A stretch of 64,000 nucleotides of DNA from Chrysomallon squamiferum (Eukaryota; Animalia; Mollusca), in NCBI GenBank assembly GCA_012295275.1, contig CM022668.1, positions 10,106,001 to 10,170,000 of the forward strand, given 5' to 3'. Position numbers and translations under genes: made by a program. Positions within the stretch are counted from its first letter, which is position 1, and each line of letters begins with the position of its first letter. Shown piece by piece: positions 1-37,809 of the stretch. Under the pieces are notes generated by a model, which made no database searches, had not been told where the DNA came from, and saw only the letters and a list, made by a program, of their open reading frames with translations.

Positions 1-6135
<6,135 letters not shown>

Positions 6136-6483
6136 TTTTCACGCTATACACTTGTGTATTTAAAATGTTACCTTAATCTTCTGTTATTTGTGTATCTAAA
6201 TGCGGTATTCTCATTTTATTTGTGTGTTTAAAATGTAATGTTATTCTCATGTTATTTTTGTATTAAAATGTTACGTTAGTTTCGTGTAATTTGTGTATTT
6301 AGGTGTTCCGTTACTTCAACGTTATGTGTGTCTTTGACGTTATTATTGTGTTGTACTTAACTGAGCTATTCTTGTAGCAATGTTCAGTCCACTGTCAGAA
6401 CTGTTTAACTTTTGATATGTAAACATACATCTCAGGATAAAATGACATTTTATCTCTCTCTCTCTCTCCCTCAATCTCCCTCT

Positions 6484-6528
<45 letters not shown>

Positions 6529-7116
6529 CTCTCTCTCACTCTCTCCATAAGAAAAACAAAATATAACCTGTTGAATAGAGCATCCTCTAATCTCTGTCTG
6601 GTTGTAGAAACACAACTGTGTCCATGTACAAACCATACGTGATGTTATTATTTTTTTTTTTTTATCACAGTTAGTTAAACAAAGATCACATTACAAACCA
6701 TTATCCCATTAACGATAACATATGCAGGAAGATTTTCAAGTAGTTGGGGCAGATCAGGTATGACTAAGAAGGGTTGTGAAAAAAAAAAAAAAAGAGCAAT
6801 AAATGTTTGTGTAAATATTGCAGTAAAGTATTAAAAATGCAGCCAAGAACAACCCATCACAAGAAAATTACCTTTAAAATTGAAATGGGCCAAAGCAGAT
6901 TCTAATACACATTACAATCAGCTCGAATCACTACAGATAAATTTATAAAATGATTAATATTTAATAATAAAAAAATGTGTCAGCCAGTTCGTTTTTTAAT
7001 TCGTAAATACATACATATCTACACTTAACACATACATACATACATACATACATGAATACATACATACATATATACATACAAACATACATAAATACATACA
7101 AACATACATACATACA

Positions 7117-7163
<47 letters not shown>

Positions 7164-7880
7164 TTCCATGCATATATACACACATAGATATCAGTCGCTA
7201 CAGAGGTATTCACAAAGATAAGCGATACTTTAGTTTACACGAGTTAAAAGATAGTTAAACCCGATGACCTTTATTTATCTGTTTCATTTAGTTGTTATCT
7301 GCAGAACTTAGACTATTAGTCAGAAACAAAGTCCTCTTATGAAAAGAAAAAGAAAATGAGATAAAACATTGGTTAAAACATATTGGACACGTATAAATAA
7401 TTAAAAAAAATTATAATAAAAAGTAGATCTGAATGTATGTTATGTGTAGGTGTGCTCATATGTTTGTGTGTTTTTCTTCTGACTGTCATATTATGTGCCA
7501 GTGTCTTTTGACATAGAGACAGAGACACAGAGACACGGATAGATAGATTGATAGACTGACAGAGACACAGATAGATAGACAGACAGACAGACAGACTGAC
7601 AGAGACAAATAGTTACTACCCAGTTAATATCGAGGACCCGCTCCTGCATAAAGATAAAAACATCTTCCTGCTTTACTTGTTTGATAACATTAATTTATAT
7701 TTATGATTATAGCTTGACATGTTTGTAAGAAACAGGCGAATACATGTACAGGTCACACCTCCAGTTAGTGTATTTAAAACAACCCGCTGAAAAACGTGTG
7801 TTTTATCATTTGTTGTTTCTTGACATAACTCTGTAGTGACAGACAAAGAACGGAGCTTTTGTAATTTCAGAACAGAAAAC

Positions 7881-7956
7881 ATGTTGAAGTGTTGGATTTA
7901 CTTGTTTATTTCGGCGTTGTGTGTTTATTTCATGTTTGAATACGTGACAGGCAAAG
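7881..7956 (+). CDS. Upstream duplicate signal-peptide exon (alternative first exon of the RPTP gene, or an orphan)
   Basis: ATG...MLKCWIYLFISALCVYFMFEYVTGK, then g|gttag phase-1 donor. Near-identical to 9018-9093. Confidence 0.7.
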
Positions 7957-8192
7957 GTTAGTTATTTTATTTATTTAACAATATATATACATACATATAT
8001 ACATATATATATATAAATATATAAATATATATATTTTATTATGATTTTGTTGTTGTAGTTGTTGATTTCGCTCTTCGTCTTCTTCTTCTTTTTGGATCAC
8101 GTACTTAGTTTGATTTGACATACTTTAATGGGTGAGTGAGTGGATGTTAATATCTTAATATATAAATATATATATACTCACACACACACACT

Positions 8193-8277
<85 letters not shown>

Positions 8278-8331
8278 ATTATCGTATTGCATTAAACGAG
8301 AAATAAAAAATCTTTGAAAACGTGGTAAAAC

Positions 8332-8412
<81 letters not shown>

Positions 8413-8731
8413 GTCTCTCGCTTTGTGTAGGTGTGCTTATCTGTTTGTGTCTTTTTCTTTTGACTGTCATATATATTGCCAGTATGTTTTGATATAGAGA
8501 CTGAGACACAGAGACACAGATAGATACACAGATCGACTGACAGAGACAAATAGTTACTACCCAGTTAATATCGAGGACCCGCTCCTGCATAAACATAAAA
8601 ACATCTTCCTGCTTTACTTGTTTGATAACATTAATTTATGTTTATGATTATAGCTTCACATATTTGAAATAAATAGGCGAATAAATGTACAGGACACACT
8701 CGCAGCTAATGTTTTTATAAGTATCCCGTGA

Positions 8732-8951
8732 AGAATGTGTGTTTTATGATTTGCTGTTACTTGACATAACTCTGTAGAATGTGTGTTTTATGATTTGCTG
8801 TTACTTGACATAACTCTGTAGAATGTGTGTTTTATGATTTGCTGTTACTTGACATAACTCTGTAGAATGTGTGTTTTATGATTTGCTGTTACTTGATATA
8901 ACTCTGTAGAATGTGTGTTTTATGATTTGTTGTTACTTGACATAACTCTGT
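8732..8951. repeat. 5 x 44-bp tandem repeat in the promoter/5'UTR of the RPTP gene
   Basis: Unit agaatgtgtgttttatgatttgctgttacttgacataactctgt starts at 8732, 8776, 8820, 8864 and 8908. Only one copy in the paralogous region at ~7792-7835. Confidence 0.9.
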
Positions 8952-9017
8952 AGTGACAGTTAGAGAAAGGAAGGTTTTGTAAAAGTTAATAAATTTTGTT
9001 GTTTGAGTACAGAAAAC

Positions 9018-26946
<17,929 letters not shown>

Positions 26947-28453
26947 ATCGCTAATGAAGAGACGCTGTATCCAGTTTTAAAACTGTGAACACTAACAAAG
27001 ACTTGAGTCATCCACTTTTCAAACTGTGAAATCTGATCTCAGTTCGGGACGTACTGTCTTTACTTAGGAGACTGTGATTGTTTAACTTTAGCATCCAGAC
27101 GTCAAAGTGGATGTTTAGTATTTATAACTTTAACATGGTTTTAAACCAAGATCTTTCTTGTGAAAGATGGATATGAGTTTTAAAATTAAGATATTTTGAT
27201 TGTGTATATCCCAAGATGAAACTGTACAAATGATTTGATAATTCAGTAATGATATAATGGATGTTTATTTGCATCAATAATGTAAAATAGATAGACAAAC
27301 AAATAGATAAACATATATAAATAGACGGACAGACTGACATATAGATAGATTTACCTTCACAGTTATTACAAACACATATATACATACCTTCACACCTACG
27401 TACTTATAAAACTACTCAACTATATATATATATATACGGATGACAAATTAAAGAAGAATGATATTTCTGATTTAAATTGGGTTTATTATCACGATTCATA
27501 TTTATTAGTATGAATGTGTATGTAATTTGTACATGCTTAGGTATGGGTTTATATGTATATATATGTCTGTATATGAATGAAGATGTATATCATTATGATA
27601 GTTTCTAAGCCTGTTTAATTGTACCAATACATCGATAGTATCATGTCAATTTCCTATAGTCAAAAGATAATAGGGTTCAGCAAATTGTATTGTATTTCAT
27701 ACTACATTACTGTGTTTACTACTACTATCATTATTATTATTACTATTACTACCACTATTAGTATGCTATTTCTACTATTACTCTTACCACTCTTATTATT
27801 TCTATTATTACTTCTCCATTGCTATCACTGTGCTATTATTAGTACTAGTATTGGTGTTATCATTATCATTATGATTGTTATTATCGTAAGTAACTGATTT
27901 TAATTTATTATATTAAAATTGGTTTGAAATAAATTAAAAACAAAATGAAAAAATTCGATTTGAACATTATTTTGCTTCAGTAAATAAATTTAGCATTTTA
28001 TTATTGTTATCATTATTATTATTATTAGTAGTAGTAGTAGTATTAGTATTAGTATTAGTATTAATATTAGTATTATTGTTGTTGTTGTTGTTATTATTAT
28101 TATTAGTAGTAGTAGTAGTAGTATTATTAGTATTAGTATTAGTATTATTGTTGTTGTTGTTGTTGTTGTTGTTGTTATTATTATTATTATAGAAAGGGCG
28201 GCGCCAAACTATGCGTTGCCCCATGCCCAAAAGTTATTAGTGGTACACAAACTTTGAAAAGAAAAATAATGAAGTAATATTAGAATGCACGCGTTCTCCT
28301 GCACAGTGAAAATTTCCATTCACTAATAACGAATTTTGAGTAATAATGCAAAATTACAGCTTTCTAGTGATACAAATATACAAAATTTATTTTTATTTCG
28401 TTCTTACCATTATTGGCTGTACTGTACGAGCCAAATTGAATAATGAGAAAAGA

Positions 28454-29170
28454 ATGGAACAACCAGACTGTACAGTCAGTAAGTATAATAATACTAACAG
28501 TAAAAGTAAAACTCTTTTTTTTTTTTTTTTTAATCAGTGTTATCATACAATCAGTAAGAGTCATCTTTCAGTCAGTAATTTTCATTTGTCAGTCAATATG
28601 TGTCATCTAACGATCACAGAGCCTTCGTACAGTTAGTGTAATCATACAGTCAGTGTCATCACTCAGTCAGTAAGTGTCATCATATAATCACTGAGTCTTC
28701 GTACAATCAGTGTCATCATATAATCACTGAGTCTTCGTACAATCAGTGTCATCATACAGTCAGTAAGTGTCATCATATAATCACTGAGTCTTCGTACAAT
28801 CAGTGTCATCATAGTCAGTAAGTGTCATCATATAATCACTGAGTCTTCGTACAATCAGTGTCATCATACAGTCAGTAAGTGTCATCATATAATCACTGAG
28901 TCTTCGTACAATCAGTGTCATCATACAGTCAGTAAGTGTCATCATATAATCACTGAGTCTTCGTACAATCAATGTCTTCACACAGTCAGTAAGTGTCATC
29001 ATATAATCAGTGTCATCATACAGTCAGTAAGTGTCATCATACAATCAGTGTCATCATACAGTCAGTGTCATCATACAATGAGTGTCATCATAAAGTCAGT
29101 AAGAGTCATCGAACGATCACAGAGCCTTCGTACAGTTAGTGTCATCATACAGTCAGAAAGTGTCATCTGT
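28454..29170. repeat. EGF-exon 3' remnant followed by a ~57-bp minisatellite built from the splice-donor sequence
   Basis: tggaacaaccagactgtacagtca|gtaagt (WEQPDCTV) at ~28455-28484. Units tcactgagtcttcgtacaatcagtgtcatcatacagtcagtaagtgtcatcatataa follow at ~28690-29000, with shorter derivatives. Confidence 0.8.
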
Positions 29171-29515
29171 GAGTCAGTATGTGAACTGAGCTGAGCTGAA
29201 CTGAGTAATGATGAAGAGAATGGAACATGCAAAGAGATTCAAATAGCGCTGCTGCTACTGGACATCGGACTAAGTTTAGATAGGAGGCTTAGAAGTTTCA
29301 TACAGAACGGTGAAGAAAAGTGTTTGCATAACCCGGGCACACCATGTTACGTAGTTAAAGCGGGTGTGCGTGCGTGTGAGTAAGAATAGAATTAGTTATA
29401 AGAACATGTTGTCAAACAATTATTGAATAATTATTTTAAAGGTTAGCAAATATCGTGACGTTTTAAGAAAATAGATTATCAAAATAGTATCTCTCCGAAA
29501 AAAAAAGGAAAAGGA

Positions 29516-29554
<39 letters not shown>

Positions 29555-29618
29555 ATATACAGACACACACAAAAGAACAACACAACAAAAAAGTAAATAA
29601 ATGCATAGGTATTAAAAA

Positions 29619-29664
<46 letters not shown>

Positions 29665-30810
29665 GTAATCAAAACAAGAATCAAAGGCTAATGTTAAAAA
29701 TCTGTTTTCATTATGGAACCGAAGTCGATCTTGTATGACAGTCAAATAAGAATCAAAGATTAATGTTAAAAACTCTTTTTGTTTCAGTGATATAAAAATA
29801 TCCATCACGTAAATTATTTCATAACGGACATTTAAATTATAAATGTCATGCTTGATATATTATGTATTAATAAATTAGTAATTATAAATAAATCAATACA
29901 AAAAATGATGATGATATAAAAATGCCATCACGAAATTAAATAATCTGAGAATCGACATATAAATTTTAAATGCACTGACGTCATATATTTATTATTAATT
30001 AAACAGTAATTATAAATAAATAAATGAATGAATGAATAAATGAATAAATAAATAAATAAATACATAAAATAAAGTACAACGAATGAAAAACATCAACCAC
30101 TCGAAATTAAACAAAATATAAAAAAAGGATTCTTTAAGATATAATTAAAATGTTAGTAAGTAAAGAAATAATGTAATGTCTTAACAGAATTTTGTTTACC
30201 GTGCGCACTAAATAAAATTTACTGATTGAACAGGTAAAACTAAAGAAGGGGATTAATTACCTGGACGAGTCTATTTACAAAAACAGGTTACACAGGTTTT
30301 CATAAACGACATTCGCACATTTAGATTATTAGCTGACTGTTTACAATACCAAAGGGATTAACATGAGGGGATTATCGTCAAAGTTAATCGGGTAATCCTG
30401 TTCGCAGCAGACCCTGGAAATCGATGTTGTCATACTTATACTGGATAACAATAAGTGGAATTAGTTTTAAATGATAAACGAAGTAAGTGTGCGAAGTAAT
30501 AGGGTTGTTTTTATTATTCTGTATTATTTTTGACACGCGTGGCATAATAGATTAACAAAGACAAGATAACTCAAATAATTGTTACAGTAATCTAGCTAGA
30601 GCTTTACAAATGAAATCCGTGGTTTCTAAAATAAACAGAGATGTTCAGCTCATTAAAGTTTCCTTTATCATTAAAAACTGTTAAGCATGAAAATTATATT
30701 TCGAAAACAACAACAAATGGGCAACTATCAGGAATATTTTTTCAGTACATTATTTTGGAATAAGACTTCTATAGATTGAAATATATCATTAATGTTTTTT
30801 AAAATAAAAC

Positions 30811-31175
30811 TTTTATTTAGATTCGAAAGCAAGTAATCTTTACCGTATAGAATTTAAAAATAATTCCTTTATTTAGATTCAAATATAGACAGCATTTTTG
30901 CAAAAAGTTATTGTTATTGTACAATAAGTATATATACATATCTTTTATTTACATTCAGATATAGAAAGTATTTGTGTAAAAGTTTATTATTGTACAATAT
31001 GTAGATAACTTTTATTTAGATTCAAATATAGAAAGTATTTGTGTAAACATTATTATTGTACGATATATAGATAACTTCTATTTAAATTCAAATATAGAAA
31101 GTATTTGTGTAAAAGTTTATTATTGTACGATATATAGATAACTTTTATTTAGATTCAAATATAGAAAGTATTTTT
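30811..31175 (-). repeat. ~66-67-bp tandem repeat of the STAND-1 stop-codon/AATAAA region
   Basis: ttttatttagattcaaatatagaaagtattt recurs at ~31143, 31077, 31010 and 30943, and in degenerate form at ~30868 and 30811. Confidence 0.8.
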
Positions 31176-34100
31176 GTGTAAGTTGTCTGATCGTTTTCAT
31201 CATCAGAAGAGTTTAATTTAATGTTAGCCAGATCATGAGCGGTAATTCCTTCTGCGTTTGCTACATCAACTACACCAGCAGCCAACAGAACAGCCACAGT
31301 ATACACTTGGGCCCTCGCTACTGCTTCGTGGAGAACGGAGTTGCCGTCGTTGTTTAGAATGGTTACATCAGCACCTTTCATTAACAGCATTATCAAATTT
31401 TCTGGCTGGTTGTTTTGTACACAAATATGTGCTGCTATATCTCCGTCGTCGTCACGAAGGTTAACGCAGCATCCATTTTCAAGGAGGACGTCGACTACAT
31501 TACAAGTTGTAATGGTTTCGTCACTCGTCTGATTAACTGTTGTAGGTGTTTTAAAATCTTTCAGCCGAACTGATTCGTTTGTCTCTGCTTTTTGTGAACG
31601 AAACTCTGTCAGGGTTTTGAGCATGTTGTATAATGAGTCGTCTGACGTACTTAACGTCTTCAGAAAATCATGCATATATCCTGCAGCATCATGTAACTTC
31701 TTGTAAACTGCGTCATGAAAAGGAGTGCCCCCCACGCTTGAAGTAACATTGACTCGTCCTCCTCTGGCCAGAAGACTTTGTAAGATTTCAGTGCGATGGT
31801 AAAATGTTGAAGCATGCATTGCTGTCACTTCACCGTCTCCGTAATTCGGGTCAGCGCCTTTGTCCAGCAGAAAATCGACGGACTCTTGTTTCCCAGCAAA
31901 GCAGGCGCCGATGAGCGGAGTGACGACGTTTTCGTATTCACAGTTAATATCTTCACCTGCCTTGAGAATAACGTCTATCAGATGCAGAGCACCGACCTCT
32001 GCTGCCACGTGTAATGGAGTCAGTCCTGTTTTGTCTCTCCATTTAGGTGAACTGCCTTTGTTCAAAAGTAGCTCAGCATTTTCATCTAATCCTAGCATGA
32101 TGGCTTTATACAGAGCAGTTTGGTTGTTAGAATCGACACAGTCTGGATTCACGTCATTGTCCAGTAGTACTTGAAGTATGTCCAGATTTTGATGCGAAGC
32201 TGCATAATGCAAGCAAGTTTGTCCATTGTTGTCCAGCAGATAAGGATCCACCTTTACTCCAGACTTTACTCCAGAGTTCAAGAGTTCTTTCACTGTAGAA
32301 ATGTCCGCATAGACACAAGCGTCGTGCAGAGGACTACACAGTTCTTTGTCTAAACTGTTTACATTGGCTTTGTGTTTTATTAGTAATTTTATTATCGCTA
32401 GAAAGCTAGTTCGTGACGCGATGTGAAGAACAGTTTTACCATTTGCATCCGTGCTTTCTGGGTCAACGCCCTTTTCCAAGAGAAACCTGACTGCCATGAC
32501 GTCGCCACAGCGAACTGCTCTGTGTAAGAGAACGGCAAAAAGATCAGATTTCACATCCACTCGTCTGGAGAAAAGAAAACTAGCTATGTCATAACATAAT
32601 GCTAGTGGATATCTTCGGAAATCTTTGTAAACCACAGGACAGGGCCCTCTAAGCTCAGATCCACTGCGCACTAGATACTGTATGACGTCGCTTTTATTAT
32701 AATGTAAAGACAGATGGAGTGGACTCAAAGACAAATTGTTTTTAAAGTCAGTTTTGATCCTTTTTCTATCAAATATGATAAGAATTTGACTGAATTATGT
32801 TCTGCTGCGATGTGGAGAGGCGTGTCTCCAGATTTGTTTCGAACATTCAGTTTGGCTCCAGCCTCCACCAACTTTACAACAGATTCTAAATTTTCAGCCC
32901 TGACAGCCAAATGTAAAGATGAGTTTCTATCAACGTCTGCTGCGTTAGGATCCCCACCTTTCTGTAGCAGGTATCCGACAACGTCAGCGGTGTTGTTCTC
33001 AGCTGCTAGATGTAACGGCGTCTGCTTCTTTTCGTTCACAGCAGTTATGTCAAGTCCTAGATTCACAAGAAAAGCTGTGGATTCCACACATCCGTATCTT
33101 GATGCTGTGTGTAATAGGTTTTCACTGTGACTCACTGATGTCTTGCAGGCTGGATTACTGCCAATGATTTTTTTCAGGATGTCAGCATCACCGTGTGCAG
33201 CGGCCAGAAAAGCACAGACTTGAGAGTTTCCTGCGGTAACGTGATTTGTTAATAGCCTGAAGAGAGAACCAGCCTGGATTTCGACACTGCTGGGAACTGT
33301 GAGTGGTTGATGTCTCCTTTGCAGTGCTTTTCTGAGGCCTTCATGACACTGCAATAGTAACTGTCTGAGAGCACGACGAAGAACCGGTTCACTAGATTCT
33401 AACTCACAAAGTCGATGAATGAGAAAACGTGAAATTTTACAATTTCCTTTTTCTAACGCCAGAAACAACATGGATCCCAAATCGTCAACCTTCATATTAA
33501 AATTCCTTTTGGATTTCAGCAGCAATTTAAATATGGACTCATCGTCTGACTTCGACAGAGCAGCAGCAGTCATTGACGTCACAGTTGGAACAGTGCCACA
33601 CTTCAATAAAGATGTTATTGTGTCAGAGTTTCCTGTGAAGCAAGAGACATCGAGAATTTCACCGCGCTGGTTGGTAATAACACTGTCGGTTGACTCGCAG
33701 ACAGCTTTGACAAAATATCTGGAAAGACTACGACAGTCTTCAGCAACAGCAACACTTGTCGTTGACGATGTCGATAATGAAATGCTGTCACGAACACGAC
33801 CGAGTAACTTTGTCTCAATATCTGGGAAATAACAACCGTCTTTTTTAAAACTAAACCACAAAGTACTGAAATGATCTCCATAAAAAAAACTGCTGATAGT
33901 GTCTTTTTCTATTTCAAGTGTCTGTGATAGGACTTTATTTGGGACAACCGATTTCCAGAATTCCTCTGTCAAATATTTAACGAATTCTTCATCTTTTAAC
34001 GATGGGTGTGAAAGAATAAGTCTTGCGCTGGAAGACATCAACAAATCTGTAAACCTTTCAGCAAGAACTGAAAAGTTTTTCATCTCAACTCTTACAGCCA

Positions 34101-36200
34101 CTTCGTTTTCTTTAGCCACACCAGGTGTAATGATATACTGAAGAAGCAACATCGCCGGACATATGAGGAGTCCTTGCTTCTGATACTCTGATATAAACTG
34201 CAGGAATAATGTATTAAATATGGATTGGTGAATAAACGTGTATTCTCTCTCCTCGTTGTTGTGTGTCAAGTACAGTCCACACAGAGAGTTGGCCGAAGCT
34301 TTCATCTGACCTAAAGACACATCACTGTTTATTTTACACACGTGCTTCAGTTTACTGATCAAGTTTAGCATATCTGATGAATCTTTGAATGGGTCCAGAT
34401 AATCATCTTTTAACACCCCCTCTTTGAACAACACAATCAGCAGTACCAGGTACTGGTATTGACTTAGCTCTGAAATATCTTCTTTAAGCATTGCGAACTG
34501 ATTTTCTAGAAATTCGACAGGCCTTTTAAAGAATTCCACTCCACGATTCTGAGCGCTCTCTGAGCTGACGAAAAAATGACAGCACTGTGGGAAACCAAGT
34601 TCTTGAAATGTTTCCTGTACTGCTTCATCTTTTTCTTCTTCTTTCATGTGTACCCCGCTGAAATTTAGGTGTCTGTCCAGAATGTTTCTCTTCTCCTCAA
34701 ACGTCAGATGCATATCTTCGCCATGGAGGTCAATCAAATGTTTCTTATTGAAGATAGCAAAATGACGAAGACTTTGCTTACAATCTGAAAATATCTGTGT
34801 CCTGAACGTGATTATCACCTTCATGAATCCAGATTCAACAAAAGACCAGACGGTTTCAAATTTCATTTTCCATTTTTGGTGAAACTCGGACACAAGATTG
34901 CTCTTACCAAAAATATCATCAATAAGAACAATCATCTTTTCACTCGGCGTCAGCGTGACCAAATCTTCAGGTCTCGGGATATCTTCGAACTCAGAAGGAT
35001 CAGTCACTAGAACAGACTGAGTGTGTTCCCGATTTACAATTTTTTTCATAAGATTTAAACTCAGAGTTGTCTTCCCTGATCCCGGATTTCCTATGATGAC
35101 GACAATGCCAAAGTTGACGAGTATTTCTTCTGCCATTCTGAATGCACTGATCGGAACAAAGGTGTTGTGGTTGATGTATTGAATTCGAGTTGAGGCATTG
35201 CCTTTAAAATATGACAGGATTATTAATGATAAAAGTTATTGTTGTAGTCCTAGTTGTAGAATCAGTAGTAATAATCATATTAATTGTAGTTGATGAAACG
35301 TCACCCGTTTGATTTAGCAGAAAATTTGTATTTAAGTAATTAGCAGTGATAAACGTTATCCACTTTTAGCATGATCTGAATTTTCACAGTTTTGACCAAA
35401 TTGGGCTGTGTCAGCAACAATTGAATGACCATAGTCCAGCAAACAATTGGCCAATCTATAATTATTTCTATAAAGGTAAATTCACAAGGTTTCGCTTAAC
35501 GCTGTTATATATACTTATTATTATATATACATAAATATGGAGTTATTTCTTGCGAGCATGTAGAATGAAGTCATATATTTGTAATTTGAATAGTGGCACC
35601 TTCGCCCATTTTTGTCAAAATTGTCAAAACTGAAAGAACACTATCTCGGACCACACCTGCTAGAAATGTCAGCTTTCCAAACCAGATTACTCTAAATAAC
35701 AATTTTCTGGGACTGTGATTGAATTTTTCCATTGCTTGTTATGATTTGACATGGCGTGGTTAAATAAGTATAAAGAAATGTTTCGTTCTTCATTTAACAT
35801 TTTAATTTCGTTTCTTTTTTTAACACTGACTAAATGTCTGTTATATACAAATTGATGCGATAAAACTGACATAAAAAAGAATGCAAGAATATATGTACTC
35901 ACGTTTCATGTTGGCGAATTTTTCTGTTTCTTTTTCTGCAAAGAAGTATAAATATTATTCAAATGGCTAGTTTTAACATAACGAAACAGAGAGAAAAAGA
36001 CACAGGCAGATACAAATATATATTATTATTACTATGATTAACAACAATAACAGGGTTTCAAGAAAAACATAACAACAACAACAACAACAGCAACGACAAC
36101 AACAACAATAATAATAATAATTATTATTATTATTGTTATTGTAATTATTATTATTATTAATATTATTATTATATTATTATTATTCTTGTTATTGTCATTA

Positions 36201-36255
<55 letters not shown>

Positions 36256-37795
36256 AAATCCTTTTTTCTTCACTTGATTATAGAAATAAAACCACCATTT
36301 ACTTTTAATCTTTTTTTTCTGTTTTCCTTCTTGATTAGACTCCACTGTCATGTTGTTTACATCTGATGTATCACAGAGCACACACATCATATCCCTTCTT
36401 GAATGTTGTTCTGACATACTGCCTAAAATAAGGAGATAAAGTCTGAATGAATGAAAAAGGAATGAATGAACCATTAAAAATGCTTACACATTTACATGTA
36501 ATCTCCCTTTTTAAATATTAATTCATGACAATGAAAAAAGCCCATTATATTAGCCAAATAATTCCACAATACAGAAAGTGCAGGTAAACAGAGAAAAGTA
36601 CAGCAGCAGTATTTCAAAGTTTAGATAATAAATACATTGTTAATATATCCACTTTTTGCATGATCTGACATGCTACTTTTGATACAGTGTTCTGTCAGTT
36701 TCCACAGTTTTGACCAGAGTTATTTCTTGTGAGCATATAGAATGAAGTCATATATTTGTCATTTGAATAGTGGCACCTTCGCCCATTTTTGTCAAAATTT
36801 TCAAAACTGAAAGGACACTCTCTCGAGCCACACCTGCTAGAAATATGAGCGTTTCCAAACCAGATTACTCTAAATAACAATGATCTGGGTTTGTGATAGA
36901 ATTTTTCCATTCTTTGTTATGATTTGACACAGCATAGTTAAATAAATATAAAGAAATGTTTCGTTCTTCCTTTTAACATTTTAGTTTCGTTTATTTTTGA
37001 ACACTGATTAAATGTCTGTTATATACAAGTTGATGCGACGCAGTTAACATAAAAATAATCGAAGAATTCATATACTCACGTTTCATGTTGGAGAATTTTT
37101 CTGTTTCGGAGAAAGGTACAGCAGCAGTATTTCAAAGTTTAATCAATAAATACATTGTTAATATATAGTATTTATTTATTTCTGTATTCGTTTTATACAT
37201 CTACACACATACATACACAGACACACACATACAAGGAAATGTATAAGTAGCAAAACTTCTTAACTAAATTCGAACTGTTGGTGACAGACATAATAAACAC
37301 ATAAACTTATTGAATGACTAACAATGTTACCTGAAAACATATCAAGTGTGGTATATGTCTCACAGTCAAGCAGTACATACCTTCTTGAATTAATCTGGCT
37401 AAATATTGTCCAATCTTTACATGTGGAATACGAGCAGGAACATTTACTTGGTCAGTTTTCACTGCTGAAGATGATCGTTGGATGAAACCAGACTTTTGAA
37501 CAGTGCACTTCTTGTGCAGTTTTCTGTTTGGCTGGTGGGTAGAGTTTGTATTCTCAAGTTGATTATGTCTGAGTACCCTGCTCTGAATTCCGTTATCGTT
37601 ATGACATACTGACTTTTTAACATCACCTGTGTCATAATCATCTACTTCGTTGAAGTCAGTGGTGCTCCAGTTTCTCTTTCGTTTTCTAGACGACAGTCTG
37701 ACATCTTCACAGACACTCCCTGGATTCTGTCTTGAGTCATTCACATCAGAAGTGTCTGTTCTTTTGTGCACGATAGCGTTCTGTTTGCGAAGCAT
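31145..37795 (-). CDS. NLR-like STAND protein copy 1: basic/disordered N-terminus, nSTAND3-type NTPase, helical region, ankyrin repeats; 1-bp frameshift at ~32740
   Basis: Exons 37795-37381, 36422-36303 (candidate), 35935-35903 and 35201-31145. Walker A VVIIGNPGSGKTT, Walker B IVLIDDIFGK, KVIITFR, GFPQCC, YTFIHQSI, and many TPLHxAA ankyrin repeats. ORFs 35136-32725 and 32734-31145 join if one A is restored (about 1541 aa). Confidence 0.85.
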
Positions 37796-37809
37796 CTACA
37801 AAACAGTAT

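Noticed and set aside
8732-8951. CRISPR-like appearance of regular repeats (also 28690-29000 and 54360-54995)
   Set aside because: The units are head-to-tail with no unique spacers, there are no cas genes, and the context is eukaryotic.
32714-34141. Plus-strand ORFs of 80-138 aa present in both STAND copies (also 49590-51041)
   Set aside because: Antisense to the STAND CDS. Their conservation is explained by the duplication.
31145-35201. Bacterial contamination or recent horizontal transfer suggested by a 4-kb intronless STAND-ankyrin ORF
   Set aside because: It is joined to upstream GT-AG exons in compatible phases and is duplicated together with host repeats. Large NTPase exons are normal for animal NLR-like genes.
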